From an uncultured Gemmatimonadaceae bacterium (GTDB lineage: Bacteria; Gemmatimonadota; Gemmatimonadetes; Gemmatimonadales; Gemmatimonadaceae): a stretch of 64,000 nucleotides of DNA. The translations under genes were made by a program, and so were the position numbers. The stretch is taken from positions 3,392,001-3,456,000 of the forward strand of contig CAWJMB010000002.1 of assembly GCA_963843845.1 (NCBI GenBank). The letters run 5' to 3'. Below the pieces are notes generated by a model. It was given only the letters and a program-made list of their open reading frames with translations. It was not told where the DNA came from and did no database searches. Shown here piece by piece: positions 1 to 11,095 of the stretch (positions are counted from its first letter, which is position 1; each line of letters opens with the position of its first letter).

Positions 1-1677
1 GGACGCGCCCCGCGACGGACGCCCCGACGACAGGCGCGCCCGCCGGCAGCTCGATCACGAAGCGTGCACCGCCCGCGCGGCCGTCGCGCGCCGGCGCGTC
101 CTCGACCCACGCGCGGCCGTCGTAGAGCGCCACGAGGTCACGCACGACGGCGAGCCCGAGCCCGCTTCCCGTGCGCGCGGCGCGGTCGCGCGCGAGCCGC
201 ACGAACGGCGTCCAGATCCGCTCGCGGTCGCGCGACGGCACGCCGGGGCCCGCGTCGTCGACCCACAGCCGCGCGGCCGCGTCGGTCCCCGCCCCGCCGA
301 CCGAGACGCACCTGCCCCGCGGGGCCGTAGCGCACCGCGTTGTCGAGCAGGTTGAGCAGCACCTGCCGCATCGCCGACGGCTCGACGACCGCGGTGAGCG
401 TGGCGGGCACGGCGACGACGACGGTCGCGCCGGCGGCCGCGGCGAGCGGCGCGAACCCCGCGGCGACTTCCGCGGCGAGCGGCGCGAGCGGCGACGGCGA
501 TCGGCACGCACGCCGCATTCGCGCGCCGCTCCGCGCGCGCGACGTGGAGCACGTTCTCCACCATCCCCATGAGCCGCCGCGCCTCGCGCACGATCGTCTC
601 CGCCGCGGCGCGGCGGTCGGCGTCGCCGCGCGTCCTGCCTAACGCGAGCGTCTCGCCGTAGAGCAGGATCTGCGTCAGCGGCGTCCGCAGCTCGTGCGAC
701 ACGCTCGAGGTGAAGTCCGCGCGCAACCGCACGAGCTCCTGCTCGCGCCCGAGCTGCGCGAGCGCGACGAGCACGAGCGACGCGGTCGCGGCGGCGAGCA
801 CGCCCAGCAGCACGATGCGCGGGCGACTTCCTGGCCGCACGACGAGTCGCCGGGCCGCCCCCGGCCCCGCCGCCGCCCGCACCACGAGTCCGCCGAGTCG
901 CGCTTCGGCGACGGCACGCGAGGCGTCGGGCGGCGCGCCGGCCGACGCGGCGAGCGCCGCGTCGCCGCTCGTGACGACGAGCATCGAGTCGGCGGCGAGC
1001 GCGGCGAATGCCGGCGCCCGGGCCGACGCCCGCGCGACGAGCGGCGCACCGAACGCGGCGGCGCAGGTGGCGACGCCGTAGACGCCGATCGGCACGTCGA
1101 ACGGGGCGCGCTTCACACCGTACGCGACCGCCCGCCCCGCCGCCGCGCCGCGCCCGAAGAGCACGCCGATCGGAATCGTTCCGGCGACGGCGGACGGCGC
1201 GTTGCCGCGCATCACCGTCGCCGCGAGCGTGTCGCGCAACCACTGCGTCATCGCGGCACTCCGCGTCGCGTCGCCCGATCGGACGCCGGCGGTGGTGAGG
1301 ACGCCGTCGCGCAGGTCGAGCAGCACGAGCAGCGGCGGCTCGCCGTCGGCGCAGGCGAACGCGCCACGCGGCAGGGTCGCCAGCGACCGCTCGAGGACGA
1401 CGGGCGGCGGAAGGGGATCGTACGGCGAGGCGGCGCGCGCGCCCGCCGCCGGCGCGAGCACCGTCGTCAGCTCGGACGCGACCGCGCCGACCGTCGCCCC
1501 CACGGCGTCGCGCCCGACCACGCCGAGGTAGTCGCCGAGCGCGCGCTCCGCCGTCGCGCGATGCGCGCCGACGTCCCCCTCCGCCTCGAACGCCGCCAGG
1601 GCCGCGACGGCGAGCGTGACGAGGAGGAGGAGCATCAACTGCGGCGCGCGCAGCAGGTCGCGACGGCGGAGGGGCAT
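1..1677 (-). CDS. Membrane sensor histidine kinase (HisKA + HATPase), frameshifted near 515 and 305; 3' end runs off the window
   Basis: ORF 55..1677 has two TM segments and the H-box FTSSVSHELRTPLTQI. ORF 138..518 has the N-box QVLLNLLDNAVRY. The G2 box GSGLGLAVV reads in a third frame near 130-170. Confidence 0.85.
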
Positions 1678-1754
1678 GCGGATGGCTCGGGACGACTACT
1701 GCTACTACCCGGACGACGGACGCGGCAAGCTCGGCGCACCGACGAGGACGGGGG

Positions 1755-1771
1755 CTGACAGGATTCTGACG
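1755..1771 (-). promoter_or_regulatory. Possible OmpR/PhoB-type direct-repeat box upstream of the kinase
   Basis: CTGAC occurs twice with an 11-bp period (ctgacaggattctgacg), about 80 bp upstream of the kinase start. Confidence 0.25.
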
Positions 1772-1856
1772 AGCGGGTGTGGCTGCCGACGCCGGCGCCT
1801 GCCGACTCGATCGACGGCGCGGGCGCACGGCGCCGTCGCGGCACGCGCCCGGCGAG

Positions 1857-4162
1857 TCACCGCCATTTGACGATCGACAGCACATCCGTGAAGTCGTCCG
1901 TCCACACCCCCACGTCCCCCCTCGGCGGCAACGGACCCCACCCCCGCTGGCGCGCGAGCGGCCCGAGCAGCGCCGCCCGCCGCCCGAGCACGACCCAGCG
2001 CGACGCGGAGACCATCGGATTCGTTCGCGCCGCGCCGCTGACGTCGTCGCCGACCGCGCCGGCGAGCCGCGCGTCGCGCGCCAGCTCGGCGAGGACGGGG
2101 ATCAGGTCGAGGTAGCGATTGCTGATGTGGACGGCGAGCAGTCCGTCGGGAGCGAGACGCGACAGGTAGAGCGCGAGCGCCTCGCGCGTGAGGAGGTGCG
2201 TCGGGATCGCGTCGGAGCTGAACGCGTCGAGCGCGATCAGGTCGTACGCCGCGGGGGGCGCGTCGGCGAGCCGCAGCCGCGCGTCTCCGACCACGACGTC
2301 GGTCGTCGGCGGGCAGTCGCGCAGGAAGGTGAACAGACGCGGGTCACGTGCGACGCGGACGACGAGCGGATCGATCTCGTAGTACGTCCACCGCTCGCCG
2401 GGCCGTCCCCAGCAGGCGAGCGAGCCGGTGCCGAGTCCGACGACCGCGACGCGCCGGCCGGGGCGCATGATCGACGGCGCCTGGGTGAACAGCGCGCCCA
2501 GCGGCCCGCCGGCGTGGTAGTACGTGATCGGCGTGCGGCGCCACGCGGGCGCGAGATTCTGTGCGCCGTGCAGCGTCGTTCCGTTCTGCAGGTTGTGGTA
2601 GTCGCCGGTCGCGCGCACCACGTACGCGCCGAAGAAGCTGCGTCCGCGAAAGAGCACGTCCCCCATGCGCAGCCGTTGCCCCGCCGTCGCGCCGACGAGC
2701 AGCGCCGTGACGCCGAACGCGTACGCCCACGGACGGCGGCGGAGCGTGAAGCCGATCAGCGCCGCCGGGACGCCCAGCGCGACGGTCGCCGACGTGCGCA
2801 GCGTCGTCGGCACGTCGGCGCGCACGACGACCGACGCGAAGAGCAGCCCGCCGGCCGCGAGCGGTCCGACGACGTGCCAGAGCAGCCGGTCGGCCCGCCC
2901 GCCGCGCGGCGCGCCCTCGGCGATCCGCGTGAAGAAGCGCGGAGTCTGCGACACCGGCTCCTCCCGTCGCGCCGACGAGGCCCAGGCCACCGCCGCGAGC
3001 GCGATCGCGATCGGGTATTCGGCCAGCGTATCGAAGAGCACGGGGGCGACGAGCGCGTTGAACACGCCCCCGGCGAGGCCACCGATCGACACCCAGAGGT
3101 AGAAGGTCGTGAGCTGCGCGGCGGGCGGGCGCCGGTCGGCGAGCGCCTGATGGCAGACGAGCGACGCGACGGCGACGGCGATCACGTGTGTCCCGCCGAT
3201 CGCCCACAGCGGGCGGTTCACGCCGAGCGCGGTGAGCAGCGCGAGCACCGGAAGCAGCGCGGCGAACAGCGTCGTCAGCACGTCGTCGGGGACCCGCGCG
3301 CGCTCCGCGAAGGCGACGACGAACGTCAGCAGGTAGAGCGCGAGCGGCAGCACCCAGAGGAGCGGCACCGGTGCGACGTCGGTCGTGACGTAGCGTGTCA
3401 CGCCGAGCAACAGCGACGAGGGAACGAAGGCGAGCGCGGCCCAGTGCAACCGGTCGCGCGTCGAGCGCCCGGACGCCGAGCGACCGGCCGACTCGGCGCC
3501 CGCCGACTCGGCGCCCGACGTCGACGTGCCGGGCGCAGCACTCCCGGCGGGCGCGGCGCGCGCCGTGAGCCCGACGACCGCCGCGCACGCCGCGAGCGCG
3601 ACGCCGAGCGCGGCGTACGCGCCCCCCACCCCGCGGCCTGCCGCGCGAGGCCGAGGCTCGGCTCGATGAGCAGCGGGTAGCCGACGAGCGCGGCCATGCT
3701 GCCGACGTTGCTCGCCGCGTACAGGAAGTACGGTTCGCCCGCGTGCGGCAGCTCGGCGAACCAGTGTTGGAGCAGCGGGGCGCCGGCGGCGAGGACGACG
3801 AATGGAAGGCCGATCGCGCCTAACAGGAGCACGAGCAGCCACGCGGCCGGAGGCCAGCCGGCCGGTGCCGCGGCGGCGTGAATGGCCGGCGGCAGCACGA
3901 GGAGCGACAGCGCGAACGCGCCGAGGTGCACGACTCCCTGGGCCCGGCGCGAGAGGCGCCGCGTGACGAGGTGCGCGTACAGATACCCGACGAGCAGGAG
4001 CGCCTGGAACGCGACGAGGCACGTGTTCCACACCGACGGCGCGCCGCCGAACAGCGGCAGCACGCGCTTGCTGATGAGCGGCTCGACGACGAACAGCAGC
4101 GCGGCGTTCGCGGCGATCGTGACGACGAAGAGCGGAGTGAGAAGCCGGCGGCTGAAGCGCAC
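1857..4162 (-). CDS. Fused multi-TM / spermidine-synthase-like SAM-dependent transferase, frameshift near 3630
   Basis: N-terminus LLFVVEPLISKRVLPLFGGAPSVWNTC (ORF 3398..4162). C-terminus VVGLGTGSLA, YEIDP, GDARL and LDAFSSDAIPTHLLTREA (ORF 1857..4196). Confidence 0.85.
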
Positions 4163-4265
4163 GCGTGATGCTCGCCGCCGGTCTCCCGCAGGTCAACCGC
4201 GCGCCGCGGTCAGGCGACGCCGACCGACCGGTGACGACGCTGCCGCCACGACGCTGCCGCGACGA

Positions 4266-4874
4266 TCAGGTCACGGCGTTCAGGATCTTCCCGATGATGC
4301 CGCCGATCTGCGGCGACCGCTGGCTCGCCTGGGCGTGCGCCACCTGGGCTTCGCGCTGCAAGACGTCGGGGATCCCGTCGCCGTCGAGGTCGGCGCCGTC
4401 GCTGCCGGCCGGCGCCGCCTGCTGTCGGCGTCGCGCGAGCGCGGCCAGCACGATCGGCGCGAGAACCATGAGCAGCTGCCGGGTCTGGCCCGAGTTCAGG
4501 CCGGACGCCTGTCGCACGCCATCCTCCACGGTCGACTCGTGTCGCCCCAGGATCTGCCCGAGCAGCCCCCCGCCGCTCCCCCCACCTCCGCCCACGCCGC
4601 CGAGCAGCCCCCCGAGTCCGCCGAGGCTCCCGGCGAGCGCCCCGAGACTCCCGAGATCCAGCCCGTCGAGTAGCCCCTGCCGCTCCTGCATCGCTCCGGC
4701 GACCGTCGCGGCACCGCCCGGCTGCTGCGCCGTCTGTGCCATGCCACCGAGCAGCATGGGGAGCGCGGCGTCGACCGCGGACTGCGTTCGTGCGGGGTCG
4801 GCGCCGAGCTGCGAGCTGAGCGCGCGGAGCTGGTCGGGGCCGAGGTGCTGCTGAACGAGATCGAGGAGGCTCAT
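4266..4874 (-). CDS. DUF937-like helical protein
   Basis: MSLLDLVQQHLG...AVDAALPMLLGGMA...GQILGRH...LLMVLAPIVLAAL, with a C-terminal DLDGDG motif. Confidence 0.7.
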   Translation of the reverse strand: MSLLDLVQQHLGPDQLRALSSQLGADPARTQSAVDAALPMLLGGMAQTAQQPGGAATVAGAMQERQGLLDGLDLGSLGALAGSLGGLGGLLGGVGGGGGSGGGLLGQILGRHESTVEDGVRQASGLNSGQTRQLLMVLAPIVLAALARRRQQAAPAGSDGADLDGDGIPDVLQREAQVAHAQASQRSPQIGGIIGKILNAVT

Positions 4875-5112
4875 GACGAGGGGATCGGGTAGCGGGACGA
4901 CGGACTGGTGCGCTCCGGGAAGAATCACGCCGACGTCCCCTTCCCGCGCGGGAAAACGTCCTCGCCGGAGTACGGCGCGGCGCGGCGCTCGGAGCGAAGT
5001 GGCGGTACGACAAGGTGTTACGCGCGTGGTCCGGCACGTATGCCGTTTGCCTTCCTCACGTCCGAGCACGCCGCACTTCGAGCATCGAGCGTGCGAACAC
5101 GCGGGAGGAACC

Positions 5113-5702
5113 ATGATCGCCAGACTTCGTCAGACCGTGCAGGTGGGCGCCGCCATCGCGGCAGCAGCGTCGACAGCCACGCCAGCGATGGCGCAGTGGG
5201 GACGTATCGGCGGGAACCCGAACGCCGGGCGCGGCGAACTGCTGTTCGAGTGGCGCGGGCGCGTCGACCGCGAGACACAGTTGGAGATCGGTCGCAACGG
5301 TGTCGAGGTCCGCGGCATCCAGGGGGAGGAGAGTCGCGGGCGCTTCATCAACCGCGGCGCGCTCCCGCGCGGCAACGGCACGCTGTACATCGAGCGGATC
5401 GACGGGCGCGGCGACATCGACGTGCTGCGGCAGCCGGTGTACGCCAACAACGACGGCACGCGCAACGCTCGCAACGATCGAAACGCTCGCAACGATCTCG
5501 CAACGATCGCAACAGCCGGAACGATCGGTGGGACGATCGGAATGATCGCGGAAACGGGCGGTACAGCTACGACCGTGATGGCGTGATCCGCATTCGCGAC
5601 CCTCGCAGCGGGTCCGACACGTACGCGATCCGTGTGTACTGGCGACCGGACGGCAGCTCGTCGAACGACGACCGCTGGGGGCGGAACGGCCGGCGCTACT
5701 GA
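5113..5702 (+). CDS. Secreted hypothetical protein with an R/N/D-rich low-complexity segment, frameshift near 5495
   Basis: GGAGGA RBS before ATG 5113, signal peptide ending AMA-Q, FEWRGRVD motif. The C-terminus continues in the frame of ORF 4908..5702. Confidence 0.65.
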
Positions 5703-5713
5703 TCCAGGCTGAT

Positions 5714-5796
5714 TCGACAGAAGGAACAGAAGGAACGGAAGGCACGAGCGAACCGCATCGGTGCTCTGCTTCTGTCCCTTCCGTTCCTTCTGTCGA
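5714..5796. repeat. Intergenic inverted repeat built from 9-bp units (ACAGAAGGA-like); REP-like hairpin
   Basis: Left arm tcgacagaaggaacagaaggaacggaagg (5714-5742), right arm ccttccgttccttctgtcga (5777-5796). Confidence 0.7.
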
Positions 5797-5824
5797 CGCT
5801 GCTGCGGAGCCGCGACCCGTCGGT

Positions 5825-5849
5825 ATATTGTTCTTGCGCAGAACAATAT
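5825..5849. promoter_or_regulatory. Palindromic operator candidate ATATTGTTCT-N5-AGAACAATAT upstream of the GH28-CE12 pair
   Basis: Perfect 10-bp AT-rich inverted repeat 48 bp before ATG 5897; a near-identical copy sits at 24287-24310. Confidence 0.75.
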
Positions 5850-5896
5850 CTGCGCTCACTGTTCGACCTTACTCCGCTTCTCTCCGTCCGCCTGTC

Positions 5897-7278
5897 ATGC
5901 TGCGTCGCGCGCGTTGTCTTCCCTTCGTCGCCGCGCTGATCGCCGCGCCCGCGGTCGCCGCGCAGGACTCGCGTACGGTGACCGAGCCGCGCCGCCCCAG
6001 CGCGTGCACGACGCTCACGGCGGCGCTCGTGCCGGTCGGCGACACGACGCTCGCCGACGGCGACGAGCGGCGACTCGACACGGACCGCATCCAGCGCGCG
6101 ATCGACGGCTGCCCGGCGGGACGAGCGGTCGTGCTGCGAACGGCGAACGCCACACGGCGCGCGTTCCTGAGCGGCCCTCTCCGTCTGCGCCCCGGCGTCA
6201 CGCTCGTCGTCGACTCGGGCGCGATGCTGTTCGCGTCGCGCGACCCGCGGCAGTACGAGACGGCGCCGGGAAGCTGCGGCGTGCTCGGCGGGCCGGGGAA
6301 GGGGCGTGGCTGTCGAGCGCTCGTCACGATCGACCGGGCGCACGGCAGCGCGGTCATGGGGCCCGGCACGATCGACGGGCGCGGGTGGGCGAAGACGTTA
6401 GGCGGCGCCGAGTCGTGGTGGGAGCTCGCGCAGCGCGCGCGGACCGGCCCGCCGCAGAACTGCCCGCGCCTCGTCCAGGCGACGAACGCGAACGACTTCA
6501 CGCTCTACAGCATCACCCTCCGCAACTCGCCCAACTTCCACGTCGTGTTCGACCGCGGCGACGGCTTCACGGCGTGGGGGGTGCGCATCTACACGCCGCA
6601 GCCGAACGCCCGCAACACCGACGGCATCGACCCCGCCGGCGCGACGAACGTGACGATCACCGAGAGCTGGATCCTCACCGGCGACGACAACGTCGCGATC
6701 AAGGGGGGAACACGCGCACGTCGAACGTCACCGTGTCGCGCAGCCACTTCTACCGCGGCCACGGCATGTCGATCGGCAGCGAGACGAACGCCGGCGTCGA
6801 CCGGGTCTTCGTCTCCGACCTCACCGTCGACGGCGCGGACAACGCGCTCCGCATCAAGTCGAACGCGTCGCGCGGCGGGCTCGTGTCCAACGTGACGTAC
6901 GAGCGCGTCTGCATCCGCAGGACGAAGGAGCCGATCCTGATGGACACGCACTACGACGCCTCTCCCGAGACGACCGGCGCGCTGATCCCCGTCTTCCGCG
7001 ACATCCTGCTGCGCGACGTCCACGTCGTCGACGGCGGCCGCATCACGCTCGACGGCTACGACGCCGAGCGTCCGCTGGGCATCACGTTCGACGGCGTGTG
7101 GCTCGGCGACGTCGCGAAGACGAAGCTGCGCGCGTCGCACGCGGCCGTGACGCTCGGCGCCGGCTCGACGAACCTCACGATCGCCGGCGACGGCGTGCGG
7201 GTGCAGGGGGCGCCGCTCGCGAGCGCGGTGCCTGACGGTGCGTGCGCCGGCAAGTTCGCTCCGTTCCCCGTTCCATGA
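5897..7278 (+). CDS. Glycoside hydrolase family 28 polygalacturonase, frameshift in the G-run near 6705
   Basis: Signal peptide; NTDGID and GDDNVAIK in ORF 5828..6895; GHGMSIGS and RIKS in ORF 5761..7278. Confidence 0.9.
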
Positions 7279-8030
7279 CGCCGCTCGGCGCCGCGCTGCG
7301 ACTGGCGGCCGCGCTCGTCCTGGCCGGGTTCGCGCCGTCGCCGGCCGCGCCGATCGGCGTGTGGCTCATCGGCGACTCGACGATGGCCGACAAGCCGGAC
7401 CCGGAGCACAATCCGGAGCGCGGCTGGGGACAGGCGCTACCGCGATTCTTCGACGACGGCGCCGTCGTGCACAACGCGGCGCGCAACGGACGCAGCTCGC
7501 GGAGCTTCATCGCCGAACGACGCTGGGACTCGGTGCGCACGGCGCTGCGCCGCGGGGACTACGTGCTCATCCAGTTCGGCCACAACGATCAGAAGATCGA
7601 CGACTCGACGCGCTACACGAACCCGTACACGACGTACCGCGAGAACCTGGCGCGCTTCGTCGCCGAGGCGAGAGCAGTCGGTGCGACGCCGGTGGTGTTC
7701 TCCCCGATCGTGCGCCGCCGCTTCAACGCGCACGGCCTGCTCGTCGACACGCACGGCGCGTATCCACTGATCGCCCGCGACGTGGCGCGCGATGCCGGCG
7801 TCGCCTTCGTCGATCTGCGCCGCCTCACCGACAGCCTGGTGGCCAGCGCCGGCCCCGAGCGGTCGAAGGCGTTCTACGTCTACACGACCGCCGGGCAGTT
7901 CCCCGCGTTCCCCGCCGCGCGCGAGGACGACACGCACCTCTCGCCGCGCGGCGCCGACGAGGTCGCGCGACTCGCCGCCCGCGCGGTACGCGCACTCGGC
8001 GGGCCGCTCGCGAGCCACGTCGTGCACTGA
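7275..8030 (+). CDS. Rhamnogalacturonan/pectin acetylesterase (SGNH, CE12-like)
   Basis: GDSTM, GWGQ, NAARNGRSSRSF, QFGHND and DDTH motifs; ATGA overlap with the GH28 stop. Confidence 0.9.
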   Translation: MTPLGAALRLAAALVLAGFAPSPAAPIGVWLIGDSTMADKPDPEHNPERGWGQALPRFFDDGAVVHNAARNGRSSRSFIAERRWDSVRTALRRGDYVLIQFGHNDQKIDDSTRYTNPYTTYRENLARFVAEARAVGATPVVFSPIVRRRFNAHGLLVDTHGAYPLIARDVARDAGVAFVDLRRLTDSLVASAGPERSKAFYVYTTAGQFPAFPAAREDDTHLSPRGADEVARLAARAVRALGGPLASHVVH

Positions 8031-8051
8031 CAGGACACGCTCGGTCCGCGC

Positions 8052-8669
8052 TCAGCTCCGGAAGTCGTTCAGCGCCTCGGCCGCCGCCTTGAAGAAGCGG
8101 TCGACGATCGGCAGCTGCTGGATGAGCGGCGTGGTCGGGTTCAGCTCGTTGTAGACGGCGCGCATCGGCGCCACGTCGCGCGTCTTGCCGCGCGCCTCGC
8201 CGAGCGTCGCGATCGCGCTCGTGGCGGCGCTGAACGCCGCCTTCGCGTCCGCGGCGTGCATGTCGGGCCCGGTGCGCTGCTGCAGGCGGTCGATCGCCAT
8301 GCGCATGCTGTCCGCGTACACGGCGATGGTCGGCGTGCCGCCGGCGACCGCGTCGAGCGCTGCGGCGAGCCGCCGCGTGCCTTCCGCGGTGTACTGGTGC
8401 TGCCCCTCGCTCTCGATCGACGTGTCGCGCTGCTGCGTGAACTGCACGAACTGGTCGATCACCGGGTTCACGCCGCCGGCGGGCGGTGCGGTGGTGGCCG
8501 AGGCGGCGGGGCTCAGCGGCACGTTCGTCGTGTCGCCGGTCGCGACCTGATCGACGCCGCGCGGCCGCAGGAAGAAGTACCAGCCGATGGCCAGCAGCAC
8601 GAGGAGCCCGAGCACCCAGGGGAGCCAGCCGGCTCCCCCCTTCTTTCGCTCGATGGGAATCTGCGCCAT
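8052..8669 (-). CDS. Hypothetical membrane-anchored protein
   Basis: MAQIPIERKK followed by one TM helix (WLPWVLGLLVLLAIGWYFF) and a helical domain; GAGG RBS. Confidence 0.7.
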   Translation of the reverse strand: MAQIPIERKKGGAGWLPWVLGLLVLLAIGWYFFLRPRGVDQVATGDTTNVPLSPAASATTAPPAGGVNPVIDQFVQFTQQRDTSIESEGQHQYTAEGTRRLAAALDAVAGGTPTIAVYADSMRMAIDRLQQRTGPDMHAADAKAAFSAATSAIATLGEARGKTRDVAPMRAVYNELNPTTPLIQQLPIVDRFFKAAAEALNDFRS

Positions 8670-8859
8670 GACGTGCCTCGCGGAATGACGTGGGTCTGTG
8701 CGGCGCCGGGCCGCAGGAACGCCGGGGGCAACTATCGAGCCGGCACCCACCCGCCGGGCACGTTAGGCACCCTGCACCGCACGTCGTGCGTCCGCCGAGC
8801 GAATCGGCCATGCTCATCGCGGCGCTCGGCGCCGAAGCGGAAGTCGACGCGGCCGCTGG

Positions 8860-9924
8860 TTACCGATCGGCGGACCCACGCGCGCCCCGCATCGGCGACC
8901 AGCCGCTCAGCACGCGCGTCGGCGTGTAGGCGCGCGCGTCACCGTCCGTCATCACGCGCCGCGTCGGGCTCGCGATCGCACCCGGGCCGCTGCTGTTGAA
9001 CTCGAGGAACCGCGCCGCCTCGGGCGCGAACCAGTAGCGCGTGCCGGAGACCGAGTCGACCGACGACATGCGGTCCCACCCCGTCGCGCCGATGTGGTCG
9101 TCCATCCAGCAGTCGACGAACACCGCACTGCCGACCGCGGTCGCGCGGGCGGACGGGTGCCACGGCCGGCCTAACGCGACGCTCCCCGCGGCCATCCCCG
9201 GCGCGCCCTTCTTCAGGCGGCTGCGGACGAACACGAACCCGTACGGCTGCGTGATCTCCGTACTCGGCGCCGCGACGTAGCCGTTGCCGGCGGTCGATCC
9301 CCGGTCGAGCGACACGATGTCGCAGTCGTCGAACACGACCTGCCCCGCACCGAAGATGAAGTCGACCGTCCCGGCGATCTCGGACCCCGCGACGTAGTGG
9401 CGGCCGACGTTCGGAAAGAACGTGTCCTGGTGGCCGAGCAGGCGGACGTCGACGAAGGCGGTGCGGTCGGCGCCGTCGGAGGTCATCACGGCGACGCCCT
9501 GCGTGTTGCGATACTTCGTCGGGTCACCGTCAGCCTTCGCCGCGTTCCCGTCGTAGTCGAACGCGTTCTCGATCGTCAGACGCTCGGCGCGGAAATCCGT
9601 CGCGGCGATGCGCAGCGTGAAGCTGCCGCGCGTGCCGAGCGTGCCGCCGCCCGGCACCGGCGTGTCGCTCGCGGCGTCGTAGGTGAGCACCGTGCCGGCG
9701 CGGCTCTGGCCCAACAGCGTGACGTGCGGGCGGTCGACGGTGAGCTTCTCGCGGTAGCGCCCGTCGCGGACGTAGATGACGAACGCGACGCGGTTCTCGC
9801 CGGGAACGGTGGCGAGCGCGGCGCCGATCGTGTGATAGGTGGGCACGCCGCGCACCGCCGCGCCGTCCTCGCCGGCGTAGCGCGCGTCGACGACGGCCTG
9901 GTACGGCGGGTCGACCGGGGTCAC
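8860..9924 (-). CDS. Pectin methylesterase (CE8)
   Basis: GRYREK, QGVAV, GHQDTF, GTVDFIFG and LGRPW motifs; GTG start overlaps the upstream stop. Confidence 0.9.
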   Translation of the reverse strand: MTPVDPPYQAVVDARYAGEDGAAVRGVPTYHTIGAALATVPGENRVAFVIYVRDGRYREKLTVDRPHVTLLGQSRAGTVLTYDAASDTPVPGGGTLGTRGSFTLRIAATDFRAERLTIENAFDYDGNAAKADGDPTKYRNTQGVAVMTSDGADRTAFVDVRLLGHQDTFFPNVGRHYVAGSEIAGTVDFIFGAGQVVFDDCDIVSLDRGSTAGNGYVAAPSTEITQPYGFVFVRSRLKKGAPGMAAGSVALGRPWHPSARATAVGSAVFVDCWMDDHIGATGWDRMSSVDSVSGTRYWFAPEAARFLEFNSSGPGAIASPTRRVMTDGDARAYTPTRVLSGWSPMRGARGSADR

Positions 9925-11090
9925 CTGCCGAGCGTGACCGTGACCGGCGTCGCGAGGCGCTGCGCCGTCGCGTCGAGGAATCGCCACCAGTCGGTGACGT
10001 CGCGGAAGTCGCCGCTGTCCGTCCACCCCGCGGCGACGTAGTTCACGACCGGCACGCCCGACGTCGCGCGGCCGACGGCCAGGTAGTGGTTCCCGGTCTC
10101 CTTCCAGTCGACGAGCCGCGCGCGGTCGACGAGCACCGCGGCGCCTAACGATCCGTGGCCGCCATTCTTCGGAACGACGGGCGCCCACGCGGTCACCCAG
10201 GCCCACGGTCGCGCCTTGCTCATGATGCCGACCGCCGCCGGCTGCTTGAACAGCCCCGTCGCGAACAGGATGTCGCTGCCGTCGGCGGAGCGGAGCGTGC
10301 TCTCGTGGCGGAACCAGTGGTGGCCGGCGTCCTGCGCGACCCGCTTCACCTCGGAGACGGCCGGGCCGGTCCCGGTCGGGTACGGGTCGTATCGCAGCTC
10401 GAACACGGTGCGGATCGGGCCGTTCGCGATGATGCGCCACGCCTTGAAGTTGTCGGCGCGCCAGAGCGAGTCGCCGCGCCAGACGCCGATGCCGCCGGCG
10501 CCGAGCGTCTGGCCGACGTCGTAGAAGTCGGCGCCCTCGCCGGTGTCGACGTGGTAGGCGTCGTGGCCGGACGTGTACCACTTCTCGACGATGAGGCTGC
10601 GCGTGCGCTTCGCCCACACGTCGATGCCGCTGCTCGACATCGCGGACGAGGTCTTCTTGAGCCCCTCGCCGTAGACGCGCCACGCGATGCGGTCGCTCTC
10701 CCACGCGACGTCGTCGCGCGGGTCGTCGTGGCGCGTGAACGCGCGCGGCGCATAGGGCACCGTCGGCGCCGTCGGCTCGACGGTGAAGTCGAGCGCCTCG
10801 TTCGGACGGTAGGTCGCCTGGAAGAGCAGCGCGTCGGGCTGCCCGTCGCCGTCGTCGTCGACGACCTGGCTCGGGATCTCGCGCGCCGCCGCGTCGAGCA
10901 CGCGGACGCGGGCCGGCGCGGCGGCGGCGAGCCGTTGCCGGACGGTCGCCCAGGCGAGCGAGATCGTCTCGTCGCGACGGTCGATGCCCAACGTGTTCTC
11001 GGTCCGGACCGAGAGCGTCGTCGTGCGCTGGGCGAGCGCGAGCGCCGGCGCGCAGAGCGCGAGGAGCGAGGAGCGGAGCGCGAGTCGCAT
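9921..11090 (-). CDS. DUF4861-like secreted protein of pectin loci
   Basis: Signal peptide; DDVAWESDRIAWRVYG, SGIDVWAKRT and YHVDTGEGADFYDVGQTLGAGG. Confidence 0.75.
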   Translation of the reverse strand: MRLALRSSLLALCAPALALAQRTTTLSVRTENTLGIDRRDETISLAWATVRQRLAAAAPARVRVLDAAAREIPSQVVDDDGDGQPDALLFQATYRPNEALDFTVEPTAPTVPYAPRAFTRHDDPRDDVAWESDRIAWRVYGEGLKKTSSAMSSSGIDVWAKRTRSLIVEKWYTSGHDAYHVDTGEGADFYDVGQTLGAGGIGVWRGDSLWRADNFKAWRIIANGPIRTVFELRYDPYPTGTGPAVSEVKRVAQDAGHHWFRHESTLRSADGSDILFATGLFKQPAAVGIMSKARPWAWVTAWAPVVPKNGGHGSLGAAVLVDRARLVDWKETGNHYLAVGRATSGVPVVNYVAAGWTDSGDFRDVTDWWRFLDATAQRLATPVTVTLGR

Positions 11091-11095
11091 GGTGC

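Noticed and set aside
5455..5560. CGCAACGAT-like repeats as a CRISPR array or non-coding repeat
   Set aside because: Short 9-bp coding repeats (RND/RNA tripeptides) inside a secreted protein, with no spacers and no cas genes in the window.
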